Positions 49,537 through 61,700 of a stretch of DNA of 64,000 nt are shown one piece after another. This DNA comes from Podarcis pityusensis (Eukaryota): assembly GCA_964106645.2 (NCBI GenBank), contig OZ067043.1, one strand, 5' to 3'. Position 1 is the stretch's first letter, and each line of letters opens with the position of its first letter. The position numbers and the translations under genes are program-made. The notes under the pieces are model-generated. The model worked only from the letters and a program-made list of their open reading frames with translations. It had not been told where the DNA came from and searched no databases.

Positions 49537-52464
49537 GGGGGCCATGTAGCAAAACAGGAGCATGAACAGATCTGCTGGCTACCTGCCACTGCCTAATGCT
49601 GCTATTGAACCAGCTCATAGGACGATAACTGCAACTAACCTGCTGAGGCTGCTCCTCTCAAGAATGAGCTGTTTGTCCATCCCTCCTGCATGTTCAGAGG
49701 CAGCAGGCTACAAGGACTTGGAGCACAGGCTGGAGCTGAGGAGATTTCCTCCCCCTGCTAGACTGGTGCAATGATTGCCCCTTGTTTTCCCAGCACACTC
49801 CTGTAGACATATCTGTGGTATTGTCTGTTCCTAAAGAGTCTGCCTTTGCCCTGCATGAGGCAGCTTGTGTCTGACTGAAGTGGAAGGCCCTGCAGCCTTG
49901 AATTATATTAAGGCTTTTCTAAGCTGTGGTGTTTGATGAATTGGGGGAAGAGATGTAACTTCTGGACAATATTGGGCAGGGGAGGGTAAAAAGCTGTAGC
50001 AGCTGCAGTTGCACTTATAGCTGCCCTAGCCTAACGGGTAATAAAGAAGAGTATGATGTCGTTTTGGACAAAGAAGAAATCCAAATTCTGCAACAAAGTA
50101 TTGGAAAGAATCAAAGTTAGCTTCTCAGAAGGAAGCATACCTGCCAGCCTTTGCATTTCTTGGTGTGCTGGCAAAGTTGCGTAACCAGTTCAAATTTTCT
50201 TTTTGCAGTCAACAATCTATAGGAGCATCCCGTGGAAGGCATATTATCATACTAGCCTGTAATATGAATGATAGTTTCTAGGTTCATTTAAAAGGGTTGC
50301 AGCCACCTTTACACGCTCTGATGAAAAATATCCCTGGTTGCTTCTACAGCTGAAGATCAAGATGTGACAATGGATCTGAGGGTGTGCTACTGTTTATGGT
50401 GGAAGGATGGAAGAGGAGCAAATAATTTTCATATGGGGGACTGTTGGTATTGCAGGTTTGGAGACTAACCAGGTTGAGCAAATGTGCAATTCAGAATGAC
50501 TCCAGGGCCAGTTTCAGTCTTACCTCCCCATACAACATGAGTAGGTTCCTAACTTGGGACTTGCTGTAATGTTTCCTAACCCTTGGTAGTGAAACTCAGT
50601 TTACATAAGAGCAGGTTGGGATGGCTTGAACCTTAGTCAATCCTTTCTATTTAACAAGAGCTTACCAAAGTAACCGTTGAACCATCTAAATAACAATAGC
50701 AGATACCGGTGTGGTAAGTACTGGAGCAGAAGTTCTCAAACACATTTGCAGGCTCCATTGAGGTGGTTTGTGGGGTGGTCAAAAGTATCTGTACTTGGCC
50801 CTGCACTTTATATTTTCTGATGATGGAGATGGACTTCACAGAACGTTGCTCACAAAAAAACAGGCATATCCATCGCATTAGAAATAAAAGACTGCAGTTA
50901 TTTAGAGTATGAGTTATAAAACAAAAAAGTAGCTGGCTGAGCCCTGCACCATCCACAGCATTTTCCAAGTGGTCCATGAAAAAATGGTTTGAGAACTGCT
51001 GTACTAGAGGTTTATGTAGACATTAGCTGGAGCTTCTGCATTTCCAAGGCAAAACATGTTCTTGGGGAAGAATATGCTTATGGGACAACAGAAACTGAAA
51101 CAAAATCAGGCATCTTAAGTAAATGCAAAAAGTAGCATACTGACAATGCACTGTTCTAGGTCAAGTCTTGAAAAGTGAATAGGGTATACCGTATTTTTTT
51201 CCAAGTAAGGGTTGTTCCAGTTCAGGCAGATGAAGTACTCTGAATCTGGAAACAAGATAAGCATTTTGTGTAATCCTGGCTTGTTAAGTAACTGCTTTCA
51301 CTGGTTAAAAAAGTCAAATTACATCAGAAACCTTCACATCAAATGTGGACTTAATGTTTAACTAATCAGTGCAACCAAGTAGTTTATGTGTTTTGATCAG
51401 AAATTGGAGTAGTGATCTGTAATTAAGTAATCTATAAGATGGCTTGGTGGCTTATCTTGAATAGCTGTGAAACCTTCACATTGCACATGGAAAGAACAAA
51501 GTACAGTTGGCTATATTAGGGAAAAAGCAGTACTCCAGTATTTCTATAGCAGTGGCCATGATTACACCCTGGTAAAGAGAAGTATCTACATTAATGCACA
51601 AAATAAGCAGTACTTGGCAGAGAATGTGCCTTCTAGGTTTGGGCATGTGGTACATTGCTGCACCTTCTCTCTTTCCACTGATTTCAGTGTTTCTGTCTGG
51701 TGTTCTTTGCACTGAAACATTCCTTTAAAAAGTAGCATTTTGAGGCTGTGTGCTATACCTTTCAGTTATTTATTTGAAGCTCTTACTTCCATGCTGCTTA
51801 TCTAAGCACTCCACACTTTGCCTTATTAGGAAAGGTATTGATCACTGGTGTGGTCATGGGCTGCTACAGGGCTTAGCATATGATGTTGCTGCTTTCCGGA
51901 ACCTGATACCTATGCAACTGCTGTCCAGGACCTTGACTGATGAGCTTGCATTGCACATGTCTTCATAGGTGGTATAAGTAGAATAGAAGGTACAAGCAAG
52001 AGACTGTAAGAGGCCATGGAACTGAATCTTACTTTGCAGCATGGAGCAAAAAGCAACATAATCATTACTAGCTTGTGCAAAAGACTGCCTGTTATACCTT
52101 TCTTGTGGTGTGTGTTGTTTTGGTTTTTTTTTGGTCTGGTATGGCATGGCAGTTGGAGAATGGAATGTGGAGGTGATGTTCTGAAAATAGTGTTCAGAGG
52201 AAACAAACTTACGGAGATTAGGAACAGTGCTCATGTCTAAACATGGCTTCTCCACAGTAATGCTGCATTTTGTAGTATGGCTTATGGAGTTGCATACTTC
52301 CTTGGTTATTCAGTATTCTTGTTTGCCCCACTCCTGTCTATCTTAGCCTTTCTGTCTATAACTCTTAAGCTATTGCTATGCGGTGGTCTCTTTCTTCACT
52401 TTTTGGACCATGTGTGAAGGGTAGAGGTGTGTGACTTCTCTACATTGCGGGTGGCCGTGTAAAA

Positions 52465-52596
52465 CAGGGATAGCCAATGTGGTGCCCTCCTAATTATGAT
52501 GGGCTACCATTACATCTAACTAATGGCCATGCTGGCTGGGGCTTGTGGGAATTGTACTTCAACAACATCTGAAGGGCCAATGGTTAGCCACCCTGG
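52465..52596. mobile_element. Degraded relative of the palindromic hAT MITE
   Basis: cagggatagccaa..gccctcc ... gaagggcc..ttagccaccctg termini. Confidence 0.55.
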
Positions 52597-54121
52597 TGTA
52601 AAATAACTCACCTGGCTGCTTCTAGGGCCTTGGCCTGCTACAGGATGCCCCTCTCATTTCAGCAAACTATTATAACAGCAGCAGAAGGTGAGCAGGAGCA
52701 CCAGGAAAGCAGCTATGACATGGTATAAGCAGTGTTATAAACAGAATGGGCGCAACAACGGAATGTCTAGGCACACTTTTTTGTAACAAGATTGCAAAGC
52801 TGAAAATGAATGAACTGCAGCTAAAATATTATGTTCATTTTTCACATGGTCTATCCTTCTACTGCTCACCCCACTAATATTCTTGAGGGTCTCTTCTCCA
52901 GTCTTCAGAGTAGCTGGAAGTGGAAAGGTAGAAAAAGGTCCTTTCCTTCCACTCTGCAGTTTTAATCTGAAATCTTAGGCACAGTACTGCACCCAGAGCT
53001 CAGAAGCTACTTTCGCTAATGGAATTCCCTGTCGCAAAATGTGCCTAGAACAATGGGAATTTTGAACACTGGGTATAAGCTAGTCTTACTTCTCTGTACT
53101 ACCCTGTGCTATTTTATGCTGTGCTCATTTCTGGAGGTTCCCATTCTACCAGTTACTATCTCTCCTTCTCCCACTCCCATGACTTTTCTTTTTTGCTGGT
53201 ATGTATCACAAGCCCCCACCCCAGGGATCATACATACGCAGCCATATACTAAGAGCATTGGCCAGATGGGCTGTAATGTGCATAGCATACGGTGGCCCTC
53301 CTATTATCTGATAAACAATTATGACATTGATTTGGGTGTATTAATGCTTCAGAAAAGTTGCCCAAATAAGGAGAAAGGAAGGATGCTAATGGATTTAAAA
53401 TAGAACTTTATTTGGCATAGCAAGGTCTACAAGTAGAGTTTAAAAATTGTTTTTTTATTGGCAAATTATTCTAAGTCTTAAAAATGTTACTAGCTTTAAC
53501 TGAAGTAGGTTCTTGACTTAAGGGATGTATATATCCCTTACTTGGTACATCTTGTACCTTGTGCTCAATGCTGTTTTGATTCCTGATTGGATGGCAGATG
53601 TTTACACAACACAGTGCCAGCTGTGTTATATTTTTCTTCTCTATTAGGATATGGAATGATGTTTCTCCTTTCTGTTTGATAGGCAGTGTCATATAGTCAT
53701 GTTCAACAGAAATAACTTTGAGCGTTATATTGGATGGTACACATCTAAGGATGTCAGTGACTTATGCTTGTGGGTCGGAAATGACAAGTGGATAAACATA
53801 TGCTATCCTGCTACTGGGAGGAAAGATGCTAGTACAAAACTCTTTCTCCAACACAGATCAACAGCCACCCCTTTCTTCATTTTGTGCTTTTAAACTCCAA
53901 AGAGCTGCAAAATATGTAACCTCCAGCTGAGCAGACAATGCATATTTTGTAGGACTATAACTGTATGGAGAACTATTGGGCTCCATTTCTACTTGTTTCT
54001 ATAGGATGCCATTGCCTCTCATGTTCTTGTGTGCTTCCCATAGGTGTAGGTACGTGGTTGCCCACTGTGGGAAACAGGATCCTAGGCAAGATGGGCCTTT
54101 GGTTTAATGCAGCAAGGCTGT

Positions 54122-54330
54122 TCTTATTTATTTACTACATTTGTATCCTGCCTTTCCTCCAAAGAGATATCAAGGAGATATATATACTTCTCCCCATTTT
54201 ACCTTCAACCCACCTTACAGGGTTGTAGTGAGTTGAGTGGTCCAAGATCACCCAGTGAGCTTCATGGCTGAGTGGGCATATGAACCCTGGTCTCCAAAGT
54301 CCTGTTCAACACTCTACCCACTATACTGGC
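54122..54330 (-). mobile_element. CORE/MIR-like squamate SINE, second copy
   Basis: ccaagatcacccagtgagcttcatggctgag is the reverse complement of the 9618-9830 core. Confidence 0.7.
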
Positions 54331-55113
54331 TCTTTATCATAGGATTCTTATACCCCAGCTATTCAAAGCCTGGTTCTTGCTTCTGAGTCCTAAAATTCAA
54401 TTCCTCATGCTATCAGCAAATCTAACTCTTCAAGGATACAAAATCCTAGCTTCAATAGGAAAACTTTTCCTAACTTCTAGTTATACCTTTAACACTGGAC
54501 GGTGTGGATTAGATCAAGGTTCAACCAGAGTATAAAAACCTGCCCTCCTTCCTCAATCACACTCTTATCTGCTTTTCCCATGTATGAGAATACGGCAGAG
54601 GTTGAGCCTGGGCATGTAGGGGCACGATTGGCTTCCAAGAGTGCCCTAAGTTATAGCTAACTATAACTTCAACTTCCCAGTGGAAGCTGGATAAATGGGG
54701 ATCTGTGGTATAATTCCACATGTGAATTAAGCTGCAATGCTACACACCCCTGTTCCCCCAACAGAACCCCAAATCTACTGTGCTGCCACTCTTAGCCCAG
54801 GGCTGCTTTATGTGCACAGATAAACACCAGCACAATTGAGAGCACAGTGAGAAGAATACGTTTACTTAGCTTCTTAACATAAAAAACACCATTTGGCAGA
54901 ACTACTGTATTGTAGATGTCAGCCAGTTAAAATGTTGATCTGTCCATCCACCAAGAGGAATGTCCAGGCCAGGGAAAGTGATATTCCTTGCCTTACACAT
55001 GTGTCTAGTTGTGGGTAGGAGGGAGAAGGTTGTGATAAAAACCATGTTTGGTTATCTCATCTAGATGCAGAAAGGGAAGGCAACTTTTTCTCAGCATGGC
55101 CCGGCTGGAACTG

Positions 55114-55238
55114 TCATCCAGAAGGCTCATCTTCATATGCAATGGCAATCCCCCGTCGTCCAGCCACGGCTTTTGTGACTGCTGACTGCCCCAGCTGCTG
55201 CTCCAGACCCCGCCAGCTTCGTGACTCCAAAAATGAGG
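55114..55238 (-). CDS. DPH2: DPH2 last coding exon
   Basis: cttag|[45 protein letters not shown]. Confidence 0.94.
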
Positions 55239-58200
55239 CTAAGACAAAAAAGCAAACAAAACAGAAGAGCAATGATCATGGCATAAATGATTTCCCCAAG
55301 CTGAATTCCAGACACCACTCTGGAAGAGAGCAGAGCTTACAGTATATTCAAGATTATGGATGAAAGAGCCCATGGGGCCCACTGCCCCACTCATTACTGT
55401 AACTGTAAATGGAGGAAGGTGACTAGGCTGCTAATTGCTATTCTGACACTAGCATAAATCTTTGAAACATTCACCACATAACAGACTTCAAAACAGCCAT
55501 TTTCATCTCCCAAGAACAACCATTAGTCACAAGAAAGGTCCTAACAGATGAGATTTGCCACCATTTGTGTGGACCGTTAACATAATCCGTTCCCGACCCC
55601 TCGGACACATACCTGCTGGGCTACTCTCAGCCATATGCATATGGCTGCGGCAGGTCACAGAAGTGCCAGAGCTTGGCTCTGGGTCTGGTGCTGTATAAAG
55701 ACAGGTTGAGCGTAGCTCGCCGGTGATGAGTGAAATGCTGGGTTCACTGTCAGCCTCTGAAACCTTGTCTGGGAAAGGGGTGTGCGCACATGCTCCTGCA
55801 GGCAACAGCAAGGGAAAGAGTAACAGCTAAGCTTGGCCCATCCAGAATCATGCCCTGCTTTTACCCACCTAAGGATGATCAAGATGTGCAGAATTAGCAC
55901 ATGGAAAAACAGCAGTGGGTGGGGTTGGCATTGCTTGCCTGGCTTCCCAACATTCCCAACTAGATAAGAGCATAGCTTCTCTGATGCTTCCTTTCCTGCA
56001 CCTACACCACACTGAGCTCCCCACTGCCTTGCCCTTCATTGACCACCATTTCATATGGCAAATGTGGAGAGGACTATGGGAGGTAAGCATAGCCCAATTA
56101 TATCTGCTTGCACAATGGAACTTCCCCCACTTCCTCCTTTCCCAAATCAGCTCTGAAGGGTTAGGGGAACCCCTAGAATAGATTCAGGGCAAGAGGAGGG
56201 GGGAGTTTCAATGCGCAAGTGAAAGTCTTTGCACTGACAGGACATGTTACTATTTTGGATACAACCCTATGTATTTGAATTATCCCCAATGTAGAAATTG
56301 TTCCCTGCCGCTGGTCTGTCTTTGTGTGGGTGTAGGGAACTTTATGGTCATTGCTGCAGCAGACTATGCCTTCAGGGCAGGCCCAAGAGCATTGGTAGAG
56401 CTGTGCAGCTTTTATGAGTCTGAAATTGCAATTCATCGTGAGACTCAAGTTATCATTATAATAAAGCAACTTTCAAACCCTTATGCCTGCAGAGAGAATT
56501 TTGGAAGTGTGTGACCAAACATAATTTCCAGAGTCTGGTGTGAAAGGAGCTCACTGGTTGTTGCCTCTACTCATTTCTCCAGTTACGAAGCCTAGTATTA
56601 CCTGGTAGGAGGTGACGGAAATCTGTGACATAGCTGCCTGTCCAGGTCCGTGCTGGATTGCATGCCATCTCCAGCTCGTAGGGTGTGACCACAGGCCGGT
56701 AGAAGTCAGCTGAATCAAGCAAAGAGTTCTGTGGGCAGGCTACCAACACAAAAATGTCCACCTCTAGAAAGTTTGCCAGCTTTGCAGGGTTGGGTTTACC
56801 CACAGCCAAGGTATAGGCCCGTTTGCCTGCCCGCTGAATGATGCCACGCAGATGCTCCAGAACAGACAAGTAGTCTGCCACACCAAGAGTGCCCACCACA
56901 ATGCCCACTACTTGGGCATCCCGTGCCCGCTCCACTAGATAGAGGCGTCGCCTCAGGGCCCGGTTCACATCCAATGTTTCCCGTCGGCCTTGTCCTGTCT
57001 GAGGATTAAAGGAGCTGAAGGGACACCGGTTCCAGCTCAGCATGAAGTTTGTGAGTTCTGGGCCTTCACAACCCACGTAGAACATGGCGTAGTTGTCAAG
57101 ACCATGCTGACTGTCCACTACAAAGTGCCGCCCAAATTTCTTCACCAGCCCGGGAACTGGCTGAAGTTCCTTGTTATCCAGTTGAGAGAAAACTACATTA
57201 GGATAAATGGGGTGCAGCAGAGCGGCCAGGTTATCTGAGGGGAAGAGAAATGAAAAGTCATTCAGTTTAGAGACAATAACTGTCACATACGCCTCACTGT
57301 TCCAAATACTCAGCAGGCCTCTTCCATGGACAGGGAAGGGCCCTTGTGCTAGACACTAGGTTTAAAGCTGTGATGGGGAACTCCTATCAGCCTCATGCAG
57401 CATAGCCAGTGGTCAGGGATGATGAGAGTTCTAGTCCAACAACATCTGGAGAGCAATAGGTTCCCCATCCCTGATTTAAAGAATGTAAACAGAGGGGAGT
57501 TAACTGAAAGCGAATATTACAAGGAAAGATTACTTCTGTGGTCCTTTAAAAGAGAACAACCCCTCCAGCCGCCAAATCAGAAATATAAATTGGAACATTT
57601 ACAGGAGTATTGTTTTGAATTTTCTCACTTTCATAGAATCTCAGAACTTATAAAAGCCTCTTTGGCAGGTATCTGTGCATTAACTGACCACATTCCTAGT
57701 TCATTCAAACTACAAAGGAGTAAACACTGATTAATTTATGTGGTTTTGCCTTTGAACATTAGCATGCAGGTCTATTAGCTTTGCTCTGAAGAATGTTATT
57801 GTTGAGGAAACTGCAAACTAGTATCCTAGTGGCAAATGAAGTGGGGAGCACGGAGAGAAATAGGCATTTCCTGGTTAATCCAGCCCTGAGGATAGTAGAG
57901 AGGGTTAAAAGCTGGGACTGAGTAACATTGGAAGGCAGATAAGACATAAAGGGCAGGACTGGCAAGGAGGGCACTGTTTGAGGTTAGAGGATGCCCACTG
58001 TAGCTTTTTCCCATCCTGGCCTGATGTATCTCTTGAATACCACCCACCACCCACATTGTGATCCCCATGGTCTCACCAAGAGAATGAAAATAGGCCACTT
58101 CACTCAGCACAACCACATGAGCTAGAGGGTCTGGATGCAACTCCCGGAAGACTTCTGTGCAGCGCGCCACGTCTAGTTGTTTGCGGCCAAACACATGGAG

Positions 58201-60189
58201 CACGGGCAGCTTGCGGCAGGGACTCAAGCAGGCAGGGCCGTAGTGCACCACAGCCTCAGCACCCACATGCTCTGCTGCCACTTCATCCACGCAACAGCTA
58301 AAGAAAAGCAACAGCATTAGCTATGGAGGGCAGCTTTCCTCAAAACACCTACCACCTCTATCACACAGAAAAATGCTTCCTTTGTAGTAAATGGGTTACC
58401 ATTGTAGAGACTGGATTTCCCCTGTCACCAGCTCAGCATGCAAGGAGCCCCAGGCCTGACAGCAGATGGGAAAAATACTCTGTTACCAACACCCAAGATG
58501 CAGGAACTGGGGAGCAACTAATGATCCCAAAGTCCTACTCTCTTGTCATTAGTACCCCCACCCCAGCAGAGGCAGTCAAGAGACTGCTGAACATCCAGAG
58601 GCTGACATATTACTACAGAACCCCTTGAAAATGCAAGCCTGCAGTATAGTCCTATGCATGTTCTCAGCACTAAGTTCCATGTTTTCAATGAGGCTTACTC
58701 CCAAGTGTCTATAGGACTACGGCCTGAGCTTCTATCATGTGTTTATGTGGAAGGAGGTTCCTGCTGTGACCTCACCTGCCGTATGATGTGTCCCCCAGAA
58801 TGTACATTTTGGCACCAGTTGCTGCTTCCATCTTGCTAGCAAGGCTTGCTGAATCTGGCAAGAGTTCATCGGGAAACTGAAGAGCAACCTACAAAACAAA
58901 CCCAAGATAATTATTCAGGACATGTCCACTGTACACAGCTAGCAGTACTGTGGGTTTCCTGGGGAATTAGGCTTTGAAGAAAAAGGTCCCATCCACATGG
59001 ACAGGATTTTTTCTTGTAAGTCTAATTGCCATGGGGGGAGGGGTTTGAAGGGTGAGGGTGGCAGCACTGGGGAGAGGGTTAATTTACCCCCCCCCCAATC
59101 TGCATTGTGACTCCCTCAAAAACCTGCATACTGAGTGAAATGAATTTCCTCTAAGCTTAATTGCAACAGGGAAGGGCAAAGAGCAAAAGCAAAAAAAGGA
59201 GGAAGAATGGGTGGGGAGAGAGAATAGAATGGATGGACATACATGTGTAAGCAGTGATGTGGGCTTGCCAGTCAATTCTGAACTGGAACAAAATCCTTCG
59301 AAAATTAGGATAGTGTGAACAGGGCAATATGTGATGCCCTAGAACACTGGCCTTCAACAGGTGGACTTGGACCCACTGGTGGGTCACGGCCTGATCCAAG
59401 ATGGGTCACAACAGGAGCATAACCACCATGCAAATATATGATAAAAGATTAAGAAATAGTTTTCCATATGTATGTTGGGGTTAAAAGTGGGTCCTGGGTC
59501 TGAAAAGGTTGAAGAATACCTGCCTTAGAGAAGGGTCTAATTTGGTATTTTTATTTTACTTGTATTTAGCAAACAAGAGCTAAAAACTTGAAACTGCCAA
59601 GTTTGCCTAATGCTGTATTTGCAACTGGCATCCATTCATTGTTGATCGTGACCTTATGAAACATATTTTTTCCTTGTGGAAAAATAAAGCACCAGAAAGT
59701 CCAAAATAAAGCACCAGAAAGTCCACCTCACATCACTGGTGAAAAGGAAAAGGTGGGGGGAGAAGAGATGTGCCTTGGGCAGCCTCAGCTCTCCCATCGC
59801 TGGCATGTTCCCCCTGGGAGATATGGCCCTTGGGGGAGGATTCCACATCTCTGCCTTAAATACTGTAGTGTGTGAGCTGCTTCTACATATTTATTTGTTT
59901 GACATACTTTTAAAAGTCCCCCATATTTAGTGCCCCAATACTTGATTATTTGGGGCGGGGATGTCCACTAACTCTAGGGGAAGAACTGACATTCATGCCT
60001 GTAGCTTTCTGGCAAAAGGGCAAACTACTGTCTCACCTTAGTGAAGCCATTATCAGATACAAATGCAGCTGCTCTCTCCAGTTCATAGAACTCTTCCAGC
60101 CTGGTGGTTGGGGGACGTCCACTTGCTTCTGCAGGAATCACGGCCCGCTGCATAACCTCAGCACCATCACTGCTGAATGCTGTTGCCAT
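55114..60189 (-). CDS. DPH2: Diphthamide biosynthesis protein 2, whole CDS span (6 coding exons, 475 aa)
   Basis: Exons of 153+113+221+633+183+125 nt join in frame: [85 protein letters not shown]. Confidence 0.96.
55613..55795 (-). CDS. DPH2: DPH2 coding exon 5
   Basis: tgcag|[26 protein letters not shown]|gtatgt; 183 nt. Confidence 0.93.
56602..57234 (-). CDS. DPH2: DPH2 coding exon 4
   Basis: ctcag|[10 protein letters not shown]...[38 protein letters not shown]|gtaata; 633 nt. Confidence 0.96.
58077..58297 (-). CDS. DPH2: DPH2 coding exon 3
   Basis: tttag|[27 protein letters not shown]...FHSL G|gtgaga; 221 nt. Confidence 0.95.
58776..58888 (-). CDS. DPH2: DPH2 coding exon 2
   Basis: tgtag|[39 protein letters not shown]|gtgagg; 113 nt. 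Confidence 0.94.
60037..60189 (-). CDS. DPH2: DPH2 first coding exon
   Basis: gccaccATGG; [15 protein letters not shown]...[19 protein letters not shown]|gtgaga; exon acceptor tttttgtag| at 60207/60206. Confidence 0.93.
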
Positions 60190-60531
60190 GGTGGCCTATA
60201 TCCAAACTACAAAAATACAAGGTGATGCTTGTCCGCATAGCAATATCCCACTACTAGCAAGATGCTGGATGAGAATGGTCCTGAGCGTCAGTTCTCCAAG
60301 GTCACATTTACAGGATCATATTCTATATTAATCAGTAGGGAACCGACATAGCTAAAACCCTTTGTATCCATGCTTCTAATCACTAACACTGATTAGAATG
60401 CCTCCTTCATTCAGAAACATGCACTGAAATGGGTTTGGAGAGAGACAAGAAAATGGCACTGAAGCGGCTTGGGAAACAGAAGAACTCAGGAAGGCTCCTT
60501 ACACAAAGACAGACCACCGGTCTCTCTAGTT

Positions 60532-60667
60532 CAGGGATAGGCAAACTCGGCCCTCCAGAAGTTTTGAGACTACAATTCCCATCATCCCTGACCACTGGTC
60601 TTGTTAGCTAGGGATGATAGTAGTTGTAGTCCCAAAACATTTGGAGGGCCGAGTTTGCCTATGGCTG
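60532..60667. mobile_element. Palindromic 136-bp hAT MITE, copy 3 (DPH2 5'UTR intron)
   Basis: Same core; perfect 8-bp TSD ctctagtt (60524-60531, 60668-60675). Confidence 0.9.
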
Positions 60668-60860
60668 CTCTAGTTCCATGTTGTCAAGAGGACTGACTGG
60701 CATTTCGGGCAGAAGCATTTCTCAACCTTACCTGGAACTGCCAGGAATTGAATCTGGAACCCCTTTGCACACAAAACAATTGTATCCCCCCGCCCGCCCG
60801 CCTGCCCGCCCGCCATAAGAAACATTAACTACTGTGCCCCATTACTGTCACTCTACTCAC

Positions 60861-60960
60861 CTAGAAGACCCCCCAACATCCACCACATGGCCACCAATAC
60901 ACTTCCTGGGTTGGGTTAAAGGCACCCAATGAGAACGCCACGCTCCTTTCCCTATCGGAA
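60861..60960 (-). other. DPH2: Probable non-coding first exon of DPH2 (5' end approximate)
   Basis: Consensus donor CTAG|GTGAGT at 60861/60860 on the minus strand at the CpG-island edge; the ATG exon has its own acceptor 17 nt upstream of the ATG. Confidence 0.6.
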
Positions 60961-61700
60961 CGCGTCTTTTTTCTATCGCTTGGCTTCTCTTTCTCTCTCC
61001 TACGTCATTAGCGGGAAGCTTTGCAGCCAATAAAAGATCCCGACACAGCAAGGCCCTCGGAAAGTAGAATAAACGGGAAGCCTATCAGCGCGGTGCATTG
61101 TGGGGGTTGGAGTTTCGCCTTCCTCCCATCCGACCAATCATCCCAGCCGGCGAGAGGCGTCAGATAAACTTCGTCTGGTCACGTGGAGCGTGGTTCCCGT
61201 CATTCTGTGGGTCAGGTGATTCCCGGTCGCGTTCAGTCCGTGCTGAGGACTCGCCGCCGCCATGTCCGGGCTCGCGCTGCTGTATTCGGGACTGGGGCTG
61301 ACCGCGGCCGCCACCATCACCGGCATCGGTTAGTGCTTTGAACGGGGAGCTGGGAGCGCCGCTGCGAGGGCCAACGCCGCTTTGCCGAAGTCCCCCTCTC
61401 CCCTCCCTTCGCCGGGGCTGTGTGCGGTTATCTGCAAAGGAAATGGCTGTGGGAAATGGCTTGTCGTGGGCGGGCGGGGGGCGCAGGGCGCGAGGGAGCA
61501 CACTTGGGGCGCTGGGGATGGGATGCCGCCCTCCAGGCTCAGCGAATGTTTTTGGGTGCTTCTTGATCCGCGGTGCTGCCTTGCCCTACCCTAGTTTGCC
61601 CGTCAGGCTGTTCTCGGGGTTGGGGGGCGAGGCGACATCCCTGCTGAGGGGAGACTCGCATCCTCCTGCTTGCGCGGGGAGAGCCGTTTTGTCTTCAGGG
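60880..61700. promoter_or_regulatory. Bidirectional CpG-island promoter DPH2(-)/ATP6V0B(+)
   Basis: CpG-rich; CCAAT at 60894, 60926, 61027, 61134; TACGTCA CRE-like at 61001; CGGAA ETS cores; GTCACGTGG (61178-61186) and GTCAGGTGAT (61211-61220) CLEAR/E-box-like sites. Confidence 0.8.
61262..61328 (+). CDS. ATP6V0B: V-ATPase 21-kDa proteolipid subunit c'', exon 1 (coding part); later exons not found in the window
   Basis: gccgccATG MSGLALLYSGLGLTAAATITGI G|gttagt; 67-nt phase-1 exon resembling the mammalian start MTGLALLYSG; expected syntenic position. Confidence 0.85.

Noticed and set aside
54648-54669. Short inverted repeat aagttatag-ctaa-ctataactt resembling an rDNA homing site
   Set aside because: Too short, with no flanking rDNA similarity.
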